Of a stretch of DNA of 64,000 nt, positions 1 through 12,181 are shown piece after piece. Source of the stretch: Octopus vulgaris (taxonomy: Eukaryota); contig OX597818.1 of NCBI GenBank assembly GCA_951406725.2, positions 115,630,001 through 115,694,000 on the forward strand. The letters run 5' to 3'. The position numbers and the translations under genes were made by a program. The notes beneath the pieces were generated by a model. That model had not been told where the DNA came from. It saw only the letters and a program-made list of their open reading frames with translations, and ran no database searches. Position 1 is the stretch's first letter. Each line of letters starts with the position of its first letter.

Positions 1-158
1 CATGTGTTATCACGTAGCTTTGGGATTTCAATAACATAATTCTTTACTTTTAGAATGACACTGTTGGGTAGATATGAGGGCCCAGATAAGGCTGGTTCGA
101 ACATAAAATACTTGTTGGATATCGTCATCATCATTTAACATCCATTGTCCATGGATCA

Positions 159-280
159 ACCAAATCCACTGACATGGCTTTGGTCAGCCCAGGGTTATAG
201 CAGAAGACGCTTGCTCATGGAGCCACACAGTGAGACTGAACCCAGAACCTTATGGTTGGTAAGCAAGCTTCTTACCACAC
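159..280 (-). mobile_element. SINE family A, 5' (tRNA-like head) half, degenerate
   Basis: Reverse complement matches the head of full copies (e.g. 30612-30775): ...ccaaatccac...gactgaaccc...ggtaagcaagcttcttaccacac. Confidence 0.75.
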
Positions 281-974
281 TGCATGCAGTTTTATACTGC
301 ATCGTATCGTTTTACAGTTTTATTTATTGTTTTATGCTACATTATTCTGTCATCTTATTTGAACAAAAAGCTAAAATGCAAAGCAAAAAATCTAAAAATA
401 AAGTCTATTAATTTGAGTCATAAAAACATGGAGATTATCATGACAATCAATAAATCTATGGAGCTGAGAATACATTTGTAATGATTCCACTCAAAACAAC
501 ATGCTTGTGACATCATAACATCGGTATCTGGCTTACTGTCTCTATTGGCTTCTTGAGAAGATTTTTGTTGGTAGTGGTGAAGGCAGTGGTGGTGTTGGTG
601 GTGATGGTGTTGCTGTTTGGTTTTATTTTTTGGTGGATGAAAGAAAGACAGGAAAGTGGGTAGTGTAATGCATTCGTCAAATATATTAACTTATGCTTTT
701 TCTAGCCATTTAGAAGGAAAATGGGAGTGAAAAGAGAGGAAATAGGAAGAAGAAAAATAAACAAAAGGACAACAGAACATTTGAAAAGAGAAAAAAATAT
801 AAAAAGGAAGGAAAAAAACAGAAGAAAGAAAGTAGAGGCTTGCATATATATATATATGATGTATGTGCTGGGTGGACCCATAGTCATGATGGGTATATAG
901 GGCTTCGTATATATGTACCCCAGCATCATCTTGATGGTGTGTGCTGCTCTCTCACACAGTAATAGTAATAATAA

Positions 975-1190
975 TGATAATCCTTTCTACTAAAGACAGA
1001 AGGCCTGGAATTTGGTGGGGGAAGGGACTGGTCAATTACATCGACCCCAGTGTTCAACTGGTACTTATTTTATCGATGCCCCAAAGGATGAAAGGTAAAG
1101 CTGGCCCCTGGAGGAATTTGAGCTGGGAATATAAAGATGGACAAAATAAGCATTTTGCCCAATACACTAACGATTCTACCAGTTCACAAG
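975..1190 (-). mobile_element. SINE family C copy, degenerate
   Basis: Contains gaccccagt...aactggtacttattttatcga...aaaggatgaaagg...gaatttga, as in the copies at 26028 and 49175. Confidence 0.75.
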
Positions 1191-1292
1191 AAGGAGAAGA
1201 AGTTCTTTGAAATTGTCCTCCACGTTTTGGACCACAAGGGCTCAAGACATGGAGGACGATATCAAAGGATGAGTTACAGGACACAAAACAAA

Positions 1293-1590
1293 ACATCATC
1301 ATTGTTTAACGTCTGTTTTCCATGCTGGCATGGGTTGGATGGTTTGACTGGGAACCGGCAAGTCAGGAAGCCACACAAGGCTCCAATCTGATCTGGCAAT
1401 GTTTCTACAGCTGGATGCCCTTCCTAACGCCAACCACTCCGAGAGTGTAGTGAGTGCTTTTTATATGCCACCGGCACAGGACCAGTCAGGCAGCACTGGC
1501 ATTGGCCACATTCGGATTGTACCTTTTATGTGCCACCAGCACGGTGAGCCAGTCAGGCGGCACTGGCAACAAACCACACAAGAATGGTGC
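1293..1590 (-). mobile_element. SINE-like family B copy ((GAT)n tail; three internal modules)
   Basis: catcatcattgtttaacgtc...ccatgctggcatgggttgga...tttctacagctggatgcccttcctaacgccaaccactc followed by repeated tgccacc(g/a)gcac modules. Confidence 0.85.
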
Positions 1591-1675
1591 CATGCAAAAA
1601 CAAAAAATACAACAGATGGAGTTTCCATCGATCAGAAAATCAGAATAGAGAACCCAGTAGAACTATTGGACTCAG

Positions 1676-1852
1676 TTTGTCCTCAGCAGTTAGAGCCCAT
1701 GTTTCACTGCCATGTAGCATGGCTGTTCATTCACATGCGTCATACAGTCTACCTTTTATTCTGAGCGTGAGGCCCTTTGTCACCAGCAGAGGTAGGAGCT
1801 CTCTGAACTTCGCCCAGGCTATTCTTATTCTGGCAGCTACACTTTCAGAGCT
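1676..1852 (-). mobile_element. RTE-clade LINE fragment (post-RT region)
   Basis: Translates to SSESVAARIRIAWAKFRELLPLLVTKGLTLRIKGRLYDAC...MLHGSETWALTAED, the typical RTE RI..AW..F / LYGSETW region. Confidence 0.8.
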
Positions 1853-1869
1853 ATACACACACACACACC

Positions 1870-1917
<48 letters not shown>

Positions 1918-1984
1918 AACAAACTGGAGGAAAGAACTCCTTCAAATTCACTGGTATACCATATAAATATTGCTATAATTCAAT

Positions 1985-3012
1985 AATGAAGATAAATTAA
2001 ATATAGAGATATTCTATTGACAATCCAATAATTTATTTATATTACAATATTACATTAAATACTAGGAATATAATATATAACATAACATAATATTATATAT
2101 GTAATTATAAAAACTGTAAAAGTCCAACAAATTGTTTCTGCTTATATATATGTTTTCTGATATACATTATCCCAGTTTAATTATGTATAAGTCACTTCAG
2201 GGTCAATTGGTTCAGAATGACGAAATCCCATCTGGAAAGGACAGCTGGATTGTAAAAATTAATTCAAATGTCTGTGTTATGAGCAGTGAGTGTTAATTAG
2301 TCAATCTTACATCAATTACAATTAAAATACAACAGAAACATTTTAACTGGCGATACAATCAAGGAAGTTCAATTCACAACCATCAAAATTCCCTTTGTCT
2401 CATCTCAAACACATACCAATTGAAAGCCTTTTATGTCCAAGATAGTCTCTTGTTATCACAACATACAATAATAATATGTGTGTGTGTATAAATGTATATA
2501 ATTAAGTATCTAATTCTTTTCCTAAGTGTAACTACAATAAAAAATATATAAACAATTACATCTTCAATACAACTCTTTTATCTATTTAAATTAGTTGGTA
2601 TAAAAAAATTATTGTTTAAATTAACTAATAATAATCTTCTTTATTATTTTCTCATGGGGATAATTACGTATTAGATATGAACAGAAACCTAATGACTATA
2701 TATATAAGCCGAAACAATTTGTTGGACTTTTACGGTTTTTATAATTATTTATATCATCATCATCATCATCATCATCATCATCGTTTAGCGTCCGCTTTCC
2801 ATGCTAGCATGGGTTGGACGGGTCAACTGGGGTATGTGAAGCTGGAAGGCTTCGTCAGGCCCAGTCAGATCTGGCAGTGTTTCTACGGCTGGATGCCCTT
2901 CCTAACAAACTAATATTATGTTATATATTATATTCACAGTATTTAATGTAATATTGTAATATAAATAAATTACTGAATGTCGATAGAATATCTCTATATT
3001 TAATCTACCTTT
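1985..3012. mobile_element. Penelope-like remnant with inverted terminal-repeat copies, flanked by (TA)n
   Basis: ~1985-2150 is the reverse complement of ~2695-3012 (the latter split by a SINE B); a degenerate hammerhead motif lies at 2122-2204 (-). Confidence 0.55.
2755..2905 (-). mobile_element. SINE B, 5'-truncated, nested in the right inverted arm
   Basis: (cat)n + cgtttagcgtccgctttccatgctagcatgggttggacg...ggatgcccttcctaac. Confidence 0.85.
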
Positions 3013-3315
3013 ATATATATATATATATATAACTTGTAAACAAGGGCAAAAGAAAAATTATTTCTATGCCAATATGCTGATAACAGACTTTAAATCGTCA
3101 ATTTCCACATTTCATTATACATTCACTACAAATACACGTTGTGCTGAAATCGAGGAAATATATATACAACAGGCTACTTTCAGCTTCCATCTACCAAATC
3201 CACTCACAAAGCTTTGGTCAGCTTGAGACTATAGTAGAAGACACTTGCCCAAGGTGCCATGCAGTGGGCCTGAACCTGGATATATACTTTATAAAAAAGC
3301 AGCAAAAATATCACA

Positions 3316-3359
3316 AAAACCGTTACTCAGTTTCACATTCCCATTCGTCGGACAGTTTT
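3316..3359 (-). ncRNA. Minimal hammerhead-ribozyme-like motif, CCGACGA core variant
   Basis: Minus strand: aaaactgt CCGACGA atgggaatgt GAAA ctga GTA acggtttt; stem I aaaactgt/acggtttt. Confidence 0.55.
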
Positions 3360-3391
3360 GGTTGAGAATGGAACAAAAATAAGGTTTTCTA

Positions 3392-3431
<40 letters not shown>

Positions 3432-4054
3432 CACACACATATATAAGCATATAAGCACAAACACACACAGGCAACATAAGACCAAAACATAACCCCTAAA
3501 TTCATCCCACTATATCTAAGACCATGACAACCCATATCAGCATGAAAAAGCAAATGCAGATGGTAATACTGATGTGTGCATGTGTGTGTATGTATGTATG
3601 TATGTATATGTGTATGTATATTGATTAATATATATATATATATATATAAATATATATACATACATACATTAATCAATATACACACACACACTCTTACATA
3701 TGACATACATCCACAAAATTCTTGGACTGAATTTATTAAGGAATATGCTGCAAGATTATTTCCTCTCAGGAGAAGCAAACATGAGTCATTCTTGTGTCTG
3801 TGAGCAAACTCTGGACATGTTTAGACACGCACTGCCAATAAACGGCGGGAACAATCATATTTATTATGTAGTTGTCTACAAATAGTTCCATCACTGCTTC
3901 ACTGTGGATGAACTGAGAGATGGAGTGAAGAGGAATGATGTCACTGAAGCTTACATCTTAATAAACAAGCCAGGCAGGGAGCATCTATATGGTCAGACAA
4001 CCTGTTAGAAATAGCAGCTAAATAATATTTTATACATACATGCACACATACATA

Positions 4055-4252
4055 TTTTATTTCTGATTTGTTTCAGTCACTGGACTGTGGCCATGTTGAA
4101 GGACTTAGGTCAAGGAAATCGACCTCTGTATTTATTTTTTTGAAGCCTGCTATTTACATAATTGTTCTGTTGACCACTTTTGCCAAACTGCTAAGTTATG
4201 GGGACATAAAGACACCAACACCAGTTTTCGAAGGAAGTGGAGACAAAAGCCT

Positions 4253-4283
<31 letters not shown>

Positions 4284-4414
4284 CACATATATACACACAC
4301 AAGCATTATTGTTATCTGTGGAGTAATATCTGTAGTAAAAAGAATAAGCTGTCTTTGGCTGCTATTTCTAAATTTTCGGTATGTGGTGAAGCAACTTGTT
4401 GATTAACCCTTAAT

Positions 4415-4446
<32 letters not shown>

Positions 4447-4650
4447 GAACCACCAATGCCAACATGATGATGATATATGAATTCACACAAGAGACTTCTA
4501 CACAGTTTTCATCTACCAAATTCACCCATGAGATATTAGTCAGCCTGGGACTATACTAGAAGATATTGGCACAAGAGGTCATACAATGGGACTGAACCTG
4601 AAACCACAGGTTTGCCAGGTGTGCTTCCTAACAACACAGCCGTACCTATG
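4055..4650 (-). mobile_element. SINE A, old copy, split by sequence inserted in its internal microsatellite
   Basis: Tail half 4055-4260 (tgtttcagtcactggactgtggccatg) and head half ~4490-4650. Confidence 0.65.
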
Positions 4651-5020
4651 AAATGTAATCTAAAAAATTCTGATGCAAATATAGAATTCTTTTATCTACC
4701 TTTACATTTGAACGGTTGTACCAAGACAACACAGGTACCTATATATGTTTGCTCACCCTGCTAGAAACAGCAGCCAAATTTTCCTTAACCCACGCCTATT
4801 ATCTTAACAACAAAAGTGCCGAATACTCTAAGTCTGAGGTACACTTATTCCTGAAATAAAGATGAGACAGTCATGGTTGGAATACTTGGGATCATATACC
4901 TGTTGGATCAGACTAGCCATGAACTAAATTACAAGAACAACAACACTCTTGTAAAGCAAGGCAATGAAATGGCAGAGTAGTTAGAATATCAGACAAAATA
5001 GTAGGCAATATTTATTTTGG

Positions 5021-5240
5021 CAAAGGCAGCGAGCTGGCAGAATCATTAGCACGTCAGACAAAATGCTTAGCAGCATTACATCAATCTGCACGTTCTGGGT
5101 TCAAATTCTGCCAAGGTTGACTTTGCTTTTCATCCTTTTGGGGGGTCGATAAATTAAGTACCAGTTGAACACTGGGGTTGATGTAATTGACTAGCACCCT
5201 CCCCCAAAATTCCTAGTTTTATGCCAAAATTTGAAACCAA
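5021..5240 (+). mobile_element. SINE C copy
   Basis: aaggcagcgagctggcagaatcattagc...gttctgggttcaaattctgcc...tttcatccttttggggggtcgataaattaagtaccag. Confidence 0.85.
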
Positions 5241-5635
5241 TATTTATTCCGATACCTTGTATCATGAGTTCAAATCTTGCTGAGGGTCAAGTTTTCCTTT
5301 TATCTTCCCAAGGCCAAAAAATACAGTATCAAACAGGTGTGATGAACTGCAGAATTGTTTAAGTGTTGGGTGGGATTCTTTACAATATTTACTCCAGTTT
5401 AAATTCCAGTATGGCCTACTTTGGTGGTAAACTTATCTAATTGCATAGATTAGCAGTACCACCTGGCCTGTGGGTGCCTTTAGGAAAGGAGTCCACTCCT
5501 ATTGCAAGCATTAAGACCAGTTCTATGGTTTGTAGAAACCTTCCACCCTCTCTCCTCACAGTCTCAGAAAACTTGTGAAGGATCATGGACTCTGCCCTTC
5601 TTCCTAACTAAGCAATAAAAAAAAATGTATTCTAT

Positions 5636-6005
5636 TGCTTACCAACCACATGGTTCTGGGTTCAGTCCCACTGTGTAGAACCTTGGGCAAGTGTCTTCTA
5701 CTATAGCCTCAGGCCAACCAAAGCCTTGTGAGTGGATTTGGTAGATGGAAAGTGAAAGAAGCCCATTGTATATACGTATATGCATATATAAATATGTGTG
5801 TGTGTTTGTCTCCCCAACATCGCTTGACAACTGATGCTGGTGTGTTTACATCCTCATAAATTAGCAGTTCGGCAAAAGAGACCGATAGAATAAATACTAG
5901 GCTTACAAAGAATAAGTCCTGGGGTCGATTCGCTCGACTAAAGGCAGTGCTCCAGCATGGCCACAGACAAATGACTGAAACAAATAAAAGAAAAGAAAAG
6001 AAAAG
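5636..6005 (+). mobile_element. SINE A, near full length
   Basis: B-box-like GGTTCAGTCC, internal TA/TG microsatellite, tail gtgctccagcatggccacagacaaatgactgaaac. Confidence 0.9.
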
Positions 6006-6237
6006 ATGACAAACATCAACAAGTCTGTTCACCTGAAGTGAATTTTTAGCATGGAGATCCTGAGAAAGAAAAATTTTTTAAATACAGACATCACCTCAAA
6101 ACCAAAACAAAAATAAAATTTGAAAAAAAGGAAAAAAATTCCAGAAGACATTGTTGCTTGCTAAGTGCAGCTGTTTGAATTGAAATGGATCTTTTTAAGA
6201 AATCCTAATTACTGGCAAAAATTAGAAATATTTATAT

Positions 6238-6560
6238 CTGTGCTGGTGGCGTGTAAAAAGCACCATCCAAACGTGGCCGATGCCAGCACCGCCTTGACTG
6301 GCTTCCGTACCGGTGGCACATAAAAAGCACCAACTGATCGTGGTCAGCCTCCTTTGGTCCCTGTGCTGGTGGCACGTAAAAGGCACCCACTACATTCTCG
6401 GAGTTGTTGGCGTTTGGAAGGACATCCAGCTGTAGAAACACTGCCATATCAGACTGGAGCCTGGTGCAGCCTCCTGGCTTCCCAGACCTTAGTCGAACCG
6501 TCCAACCCATGCCAGAATGGAAAACGGACATTAAATGATGATAACGATAATAAACGATGA
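6238..6560 (+). mobile_element. SINE B with three internal modules
   Basis: Three ggtggc(a/g)(c/t)(g/a)taaaa(a/g)gcacc-type units, then ggacatccagctgtagaaac...ggaaaacggacattaaatgatgat. Confidence 0.85.
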
Positions 6561-6931
6561 CCCTACATTTTAATTATGTTAATCCCTGATCATCATCAGA
6601 TGTCTCAATTTCATAAAACAAATTTTAAAAAATTAAGATAATAAATAAATCTGATTTTAATTTTTAATAATCAGATTAAAGCCATGAAGTGGCAGAATCG
6701 TTAAGACTGAGAGATAGAATGCCTTGTGGTATTTGTTGTGATTTTCTGTGTAGTGAGTTCAAGTTCCGCTGGGGTTAACTTCATCTTTCATTTTTTCTGG
6801 AGCCAATAAAACGGTACCAATATTGGGAGGAGGATTGGTAGAATTGTTGAAGAATGTAAGAATAAAAGAATATAGTCCAGATCATCATCCAAAGCTTTGT
6901 GAGTGGATTTGGTAGATAGAAACTGAAAGAT

Positions 6932-7487
6932 GTTTGTGTGTGTGTGTGTGTAAGAGAGAGCGAGACTGTGTGCGTGTGTGTCAGTGTATGTGTGTGTGTG
7001 TAAGAGAGAGTGAGACTGTGTGCGTGTGTGTCAGTGTATGTGTGTGTGTGTGTGAGTGAGTGTCAGTGTGTGTGTATGTGAGAGAGAGGGTGCATGTGTG
7101 TGTGTGTGTATATATGCGTAAGAGAGAGGGAGACTGTGCGTCAGTGAGAGAGGATGCATCAGTGAGTGTGTGTGTGTCAGTGTGTGTGTGTGTGCATGAG
7201 AGAGTGTATGTGTCAGTGTCTGTGTGAGAGTGTGTGCATGTGAGTGTGAAGATGTGTCAATGTCTGTGCGAGAGTGAGAGAGACTGTGTGCGTGTGTCAG
7301 TGTGTATGTGTGTGTGTAAGTGAATGTGTCAAAGTGTGAATGGGGGGGGCGATGTGTGGGGGGGTCAGTGTGTGTGTATGTATGTGTGAGTCTGTGCATG
7401 TGTGAGTGCCTGCATGTGTGTCTGAGTGTGTGAGTGGGAGTGTGTCCGCATGTGTGCGTGCATGCACATATATATGTGCGTGTGTGT
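6932..7487. repeat. Complex (GT)/(GA) microsatellite
   Basis: Interrupted tgtgtg/gagaga runs with a recurring gagactgtgtgcgtgtgtgtcagtg subunit. Confidence 0.9.
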
Positions 7488-7764
7488 CGTAGGAGTACTT
7501 TAAAGGAAACTAATTTTTTTCAAGTTCATAGAAACAATTTCATTGTTTTTCCATATTTTGACTTTTTCTTTTTTATGGAGGATGGGCTTAAAGAGGTAAG
7601 TTTTCAAAGAGGCAGGAACTCTACAACTTGAAGTACTTACAAAGTCTTACAAAAGAAAACTTAGAAATGTTTATCAAGACTTTTTTTTTTTCCATTTTGT
7701 ATTTTTTTAAATTTTAAATTATAAAAGAACAAAGGTTATCTTATCTGTATATATGTATGTGTAT

Positions 7765-7925
7765 AGGTGCAGGCATGGCTGCGTGGTAAGAAGCTTGCTT
7801 CCCAACCACATGGTTCCAGGTTCAGTTCCACTGTGTGGCACCTTGGGGAAGTGTCTTTTGATATAACCTCAGGCCGACCAAAGCCTTGTGAGTGGATTTG
7901 GTAGATGGAAACTGAAAGAAGCCTG

Positions 7926-7967
<42 letters not shown>

Positions 7968-8165
7968 TTTGTGTGTCAGTGCTTGTCCTCCCAACATCAC
8001 TTGACAACCGATGTTGGTGTGTTTACATCTCCATAACTTAGCGGTTCAGCAAAAGCGACCGATAGAATAAGTACTAGGCTTACAAAGAACAAGTCCTGGG
8101 GTCGATTTGTTCAACTAAAGGCGGTGCTCCAGCATGGCCACAATCAAATGACTGAAACGAAAGAA
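7765..8165 (+). mobile_element. SINE A, full length
   Basis: A-box-like TGGCTGCGTGG, B-box-like GGTTCAGTTCC, internal (GT)n, tail ggcggtgctccagcatggcc...gactgaaac. Confidence 0.9.
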
Positions 8166-8236
8166 TATAGCCATAGTTGTGTTTATGCAAACATATACAC
8201 ATATATATATATATGCATATATATATATACACATAA

Positions 8237-8267
<31 letters not shown>

Positions 8268-8268
<1 letters not shown>

Positions 8269-8425
8269 CATCATCATCATCGCTTAACATCCACTTTCCA
8301 TGCTGGCATGGGTTGGACAGTTTGACTGGGGACTGGTGAGCCAGATGGCTGCACCAGGCTCCAATCTGATCTGGCAGAGTTTCTACAGCTGGATGCCCTT
8401 CCTAACGCCAACCACTCCAAGAGTG
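8268..8425 (-). mobile_element. SINE B, 5'-truncated
   Basis: (cat)n-cgcttaacatccactttccatgctggcatggg...ggatgcccttcctaacgccaaccactcc. Confidence 0.85.
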
Positions 8426-8469
8426 TTAAATCAACAAATGTTACATAAAGTGGTTTGTTTTACTCCTGG

Positions 8470-8870
8470 CATTTTTCTTGATCCTCAAGCAAGCAAAGGT
8501 CACCAGCTTGGAAGCCATTTTACTTGAGACATGACTTCGTTGGGCAGGGCATGTTGACAGGATGAAAGACCACCACCAACCCAAGATCATCATGTACATT
8601 GAGCTCACTACTGGCCACCACAACAGGGGTGCACCAAAGAATCATGACAAGGACTGCCTAAAGCAGTTCTTTAGTGTATGTCACACTGATTACCATGAGT
8701 TTCCATTCTAACACCTGACCATGTCGCTTGGTGCCATACTGTCAGTGATGTCGTTTCCTCCTTTGAGATCTCTCGCAGTGCCTCTCTTGAAGACAAACGT
8801 CAGAGGCAAAAAAATAACGTAGCTGCATCATCAGACCCTGGAAAACCAAACCCCTGTCATCACTACAATC
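8470..8870 (+). mobile_element. RTE-clade LINE 3' fragment, decayed
   Basis: Translates TSLEAILLET*LRWAGHVDRMKDHHQPKIIMYIELTTGHHNRGAPKNHDKDCLK and later LEDKRQR; the LRWAGHV.RM motif is typical of RTE C-termini. Confidence 0.8.
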
Positions 8871-9754
8871 GGAGTATGCAGATGGCATGGACAACAGCCA
8901 CGATCATAGCCCATCATGCTTTATGTGATAAGTATGAATTGCATTCATGTAAATTGTCTGATGGGGGTCTCTAAAGGTCACAAACACCATCTCTGCTTTT
9001 TCCTTGTAACAACATATCTAAGAAGATAATAATACTTGTTTGTTCCCAGAAAAGGATCTACATAGACTTCTTGTTATTGCCCATTAGCTGTTGTCATTTC
9101 AGGATAAGCAGAAAAACTACTCAATTCGTCCACACTAATAAAGAACAGATGCTTTGGAAGTGAATTTCAGCACTTGACAAATATTTCATGAAATACTTAA
9201 AACTAACACGGATTTTAATGATCAATAGAAACAGACGAGCCAATGAGGAAGGCCTATGCTCTCTCGTAACCTACTTGTAATAGCAACAAAACAACCCACA
9301 AATTACACATGTTATGTTATAGAAGACATACAAGAACAGGGTCCACCAATCAGGGCAGAGATTTAATCAATCTACAATGACCACACTTCAATACAAGTAA
9401 AAGCAACTTAAAGCAACTTAAATTCTGATGATCTTTCAATAACTGGTGTTTTTTCAATAGTTATTAACCACTCTAAGATTGAATGTCTCAAATGCCCTAG
9501 TATGCTGAAATGTTTTCTGGTGCTCAAATTACAAGCACTGCACTAGAAAAAAAGTCCTGAATAGCAAAGTTATTAAATGTTGTTACAAGTGTTAGCAAAG
9601 AGAAAGCAGTTCACTGCCTGTGAGTCATTTCAACATACATGCAGCGCATTGCAATAATGCAAACCAGAGATTAAAAGAGTTACACAAACACACACATATA
9701 TATGCATGTATATGTATATGTGCGTGTGTGTGTGTATAAATATATATATATATA

Positions 9755-10073
9755 GTGTACATAATGTAGGTGGCTTATTAGCAATTAGAACCTAAAGACA
9801 GATTTATAAACATCAGTGGTGACAAGGATACAAAGTAATACCAGCATTGCTAGAAATAAGAGTCAAAACGGTTCAATTAGCCATGAAAATCACTATCTTC
9901 GACAGGAAGCAAGAAAGCTCCGTACTGCACTGAGACATACTTCAGTAGGGAATTTGTCTCAGTACAGTCCGGAGCTTTCTCGCTTCCTCACTTTCATCAA
10001 CTTATTAAGATAGTGATTTTCGTGGCTAATTGAATTGGTTTGACTCTTATTTCTAGCAATGCTGGTACTACTT
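9755..10073. mobile_element. TA-embedded element with 67-bp inverted arms (Penelope-like remnant?)
   Basis: 9833-9899 is a near reverse complement of 10007-10073; (TA)n on both sides. Confidence 0.5.
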
Positions 10074-10080
10074 ATATATA

Positions 10081-10122
<42 letters not shown>

Positions 10123-10481
10123 ATACATATGCCCCTGAGGTCACCAAGTTAACTTGCAAGGCAAGACCCCACAACATTGAAGGAGGCAAAAATATATAGA
10201 GGGACAGGAACAGGTTTCTTGTTGAAGAGGAGAAATATGGCTTCCCTAGCTACAGAGAGAGAGAAAGAGAGAGATGGTGAGGGTGCTTCCTGATAGTTCA
10301 AGATGAATATAGAGACAGAGAAAGAGGAAAGCCTACATCTATCCAACCATCTCTCTCTCTCCCATATATGCACCAATACCTGGACATCCTTGTTACTTAT
10401 TAGCCCTTAATACCAGACTGACTTGGTGTCTCAACTTTTCTTTCCTCCGTCTTCCCTTCCTTGGATCTTTCCTTTTCCTAT

Positions 10482-10516
10482 GTTTCTGACGAAGAGCTCC
10501 GCTCGAAACATTAAAT
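10482..10516 (+). ncRNA. Minimal hammerhead-like motif in a Penelope-like terminal repeat (~10410-10605)
   Basis: gttt CTGACGA a gagc-tcc-gctc GAAA catt aaat; core and stem II intact, stem III/cleavage triplet decayed. Confidence 0.6.
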
Positions 10517-10619
10517 CCTCCTTCTGTCTTTCCTTTCCTGAGTGTCCAATAACACTATACTTGTTCCACATCCTCGTGTTGTGTTTTCATGTTTGGATTA
10601 ACTTATATATATATGGCAG

Positions 10620-10858
10620 GTAAAAAGCACCATCCGAATATGGTCAACGCCAGTGTTGCCTGACTGGCTCCCATGCTGGTGGCATATAAAAAGCACCCAC
10701 TACACTCTCAGAGTGGTTGGCATTAGGAAGGGCATCCAGCTGTAGAAAACCTACCAGATCAGACTGGAGCCTGGTGCAGCCAACTGGCTTGCCAGTCCCC
10801 AGTCAAACCGTCCAACCCATGCCAGCATGGAAAGCAGACATATAATGATGATGATGAT
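10620..10858 (+). mobile_element. SINE B
   Basis: aaaagcacc modules, ggcattaggaagggcatccagctgtagaaa, tail gcatggaaagcagacatataatgatgatgatgat. Confidence 0.85.
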
Positions 10859-10859
10859 A

Positions 10860-10880
10860 ATACATATATATACATATTTT

Positions 10881-10916
<36 letters not shown>

Positions 10917-11135
10917 TAGAGTGTGTGTATATATGTGTATGTGTGCATGTATGTGAGTGTGTGTGTGTGTGTTTCTCTCTCTATATATATATATATATTT
11001 ATGCATGTGTGTGTGTGTGTATGTATGTATGTATACATATATATTTATGCATGTGTCTGTATGTATGTATATATACATATATATTTATGCATGTGTGTAG
11101 GTATTTATACATATATATATATATATATTTATGCA

Positions 11136-11171
<36 letters not shown>

Positions 11172-11310
11172 CATACACACATACACCCACACATTGTATA
11201 CAGATATATACATGTCTACACATTACTTGTGGGTAATTGGTTATTTACATATGTATGTGCACATGTATACATATATACATACATACACACACACACACAA
11301 ACACACACTA
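10860..11310. repeat. Compound TA/TG/CA microsatellite
   Basis: Directly visible; includes a recurring atatttatgcatgtgt subunit. Confidence 0.9.
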
Positions 11311-11669
11311 TACCAGCTTGGAAAATAAACATTAAACGATAATGATGCTATATACACAAACCAACACAAATACTGAAGCATAATAGACGGAATTATTCGT
11401 TTAAATTTCTAAACAAAGCTACACCAGAACAGCTTTTAATGAGCATTTTTTAATGAGCTTTTATTAATAAGTTTGATTTTTTTAATTTAATTAACGTTTT
11501 TTTTTTTTTTTGAGATAATAAAATTGTCAATATGAAATTTTCCAAAAAATCAATATGATCAGATATCAACACAATCCAATATTCCGCCCACACAACAACA
11601 AACACATAGACACACAGACATATATGTGTGTATCGCCCACACAACAACAAACACATAGACACACAGACA

Positions 11670-11711
<42 letters not shown>

Positions 11712-11777
11712 CATACATGTTGATACATGCCTACACAGAATATGGCCACTAAATGATGATGAGACACAGGTATAAAT

Positions 11778-12181
11778 ATTCTTTTCTACTCTAGGCACAA
11801 GGCCCGAAATTTTTGGAGGTAGGGGAGCCAGTTGAGTAGAGCAACCCCAGTACCTAACAGGTACTTAATTCATCGACCGCGAAAGGATGAAAGGCAAAGT
11901 CGACCTCGGCGGAATTTGAACTCAGAACGTAATGGCAGACGAAATACCTATTTCTTTACTACCCACAAGGGGCTAAACATAGAGGGGACAAACAAGGACA
12001 GACAAACGGATTAAGTTGATTATATCGACCCTAGTGTGTAACTGGTACCTATTTAATCGACCCTGAAAGGATGAAAGGCAAAGTCGACCTCAGCGGAATT
12101 TGAACTCAGAACGTAGCGGCAGACGAAATACAGCTACGCATTTCACCCGGCCTGCTAACATTTCTGCCAACTCGTCACCTT
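11778..12181 (-). mobile_element. SINE C dimer (two bodies, one head, two different tails)
   Basis: Body aaggatgaaaggcaaagtcgacctc...gaatttgaactcagaacgta occurs twice; junction gaaata-cc-tatttc at 11941-11954. Confidence 0.85.

Noticed and set aside
1399-1764. Recurrent peptides such as FLQLDALPNANHS and GYSRRHLPKVPHSGTEPG in many ORFs, suggesting a gene family
   Set aside because: They are translations of SINE B and SINE A copies; frames are not conserved between copies.
5445-5626. Poly(A)-ended segment as a retrocopy
   Set aside because: AATAAA plus an A-run is present but I found no TSD or ORF.
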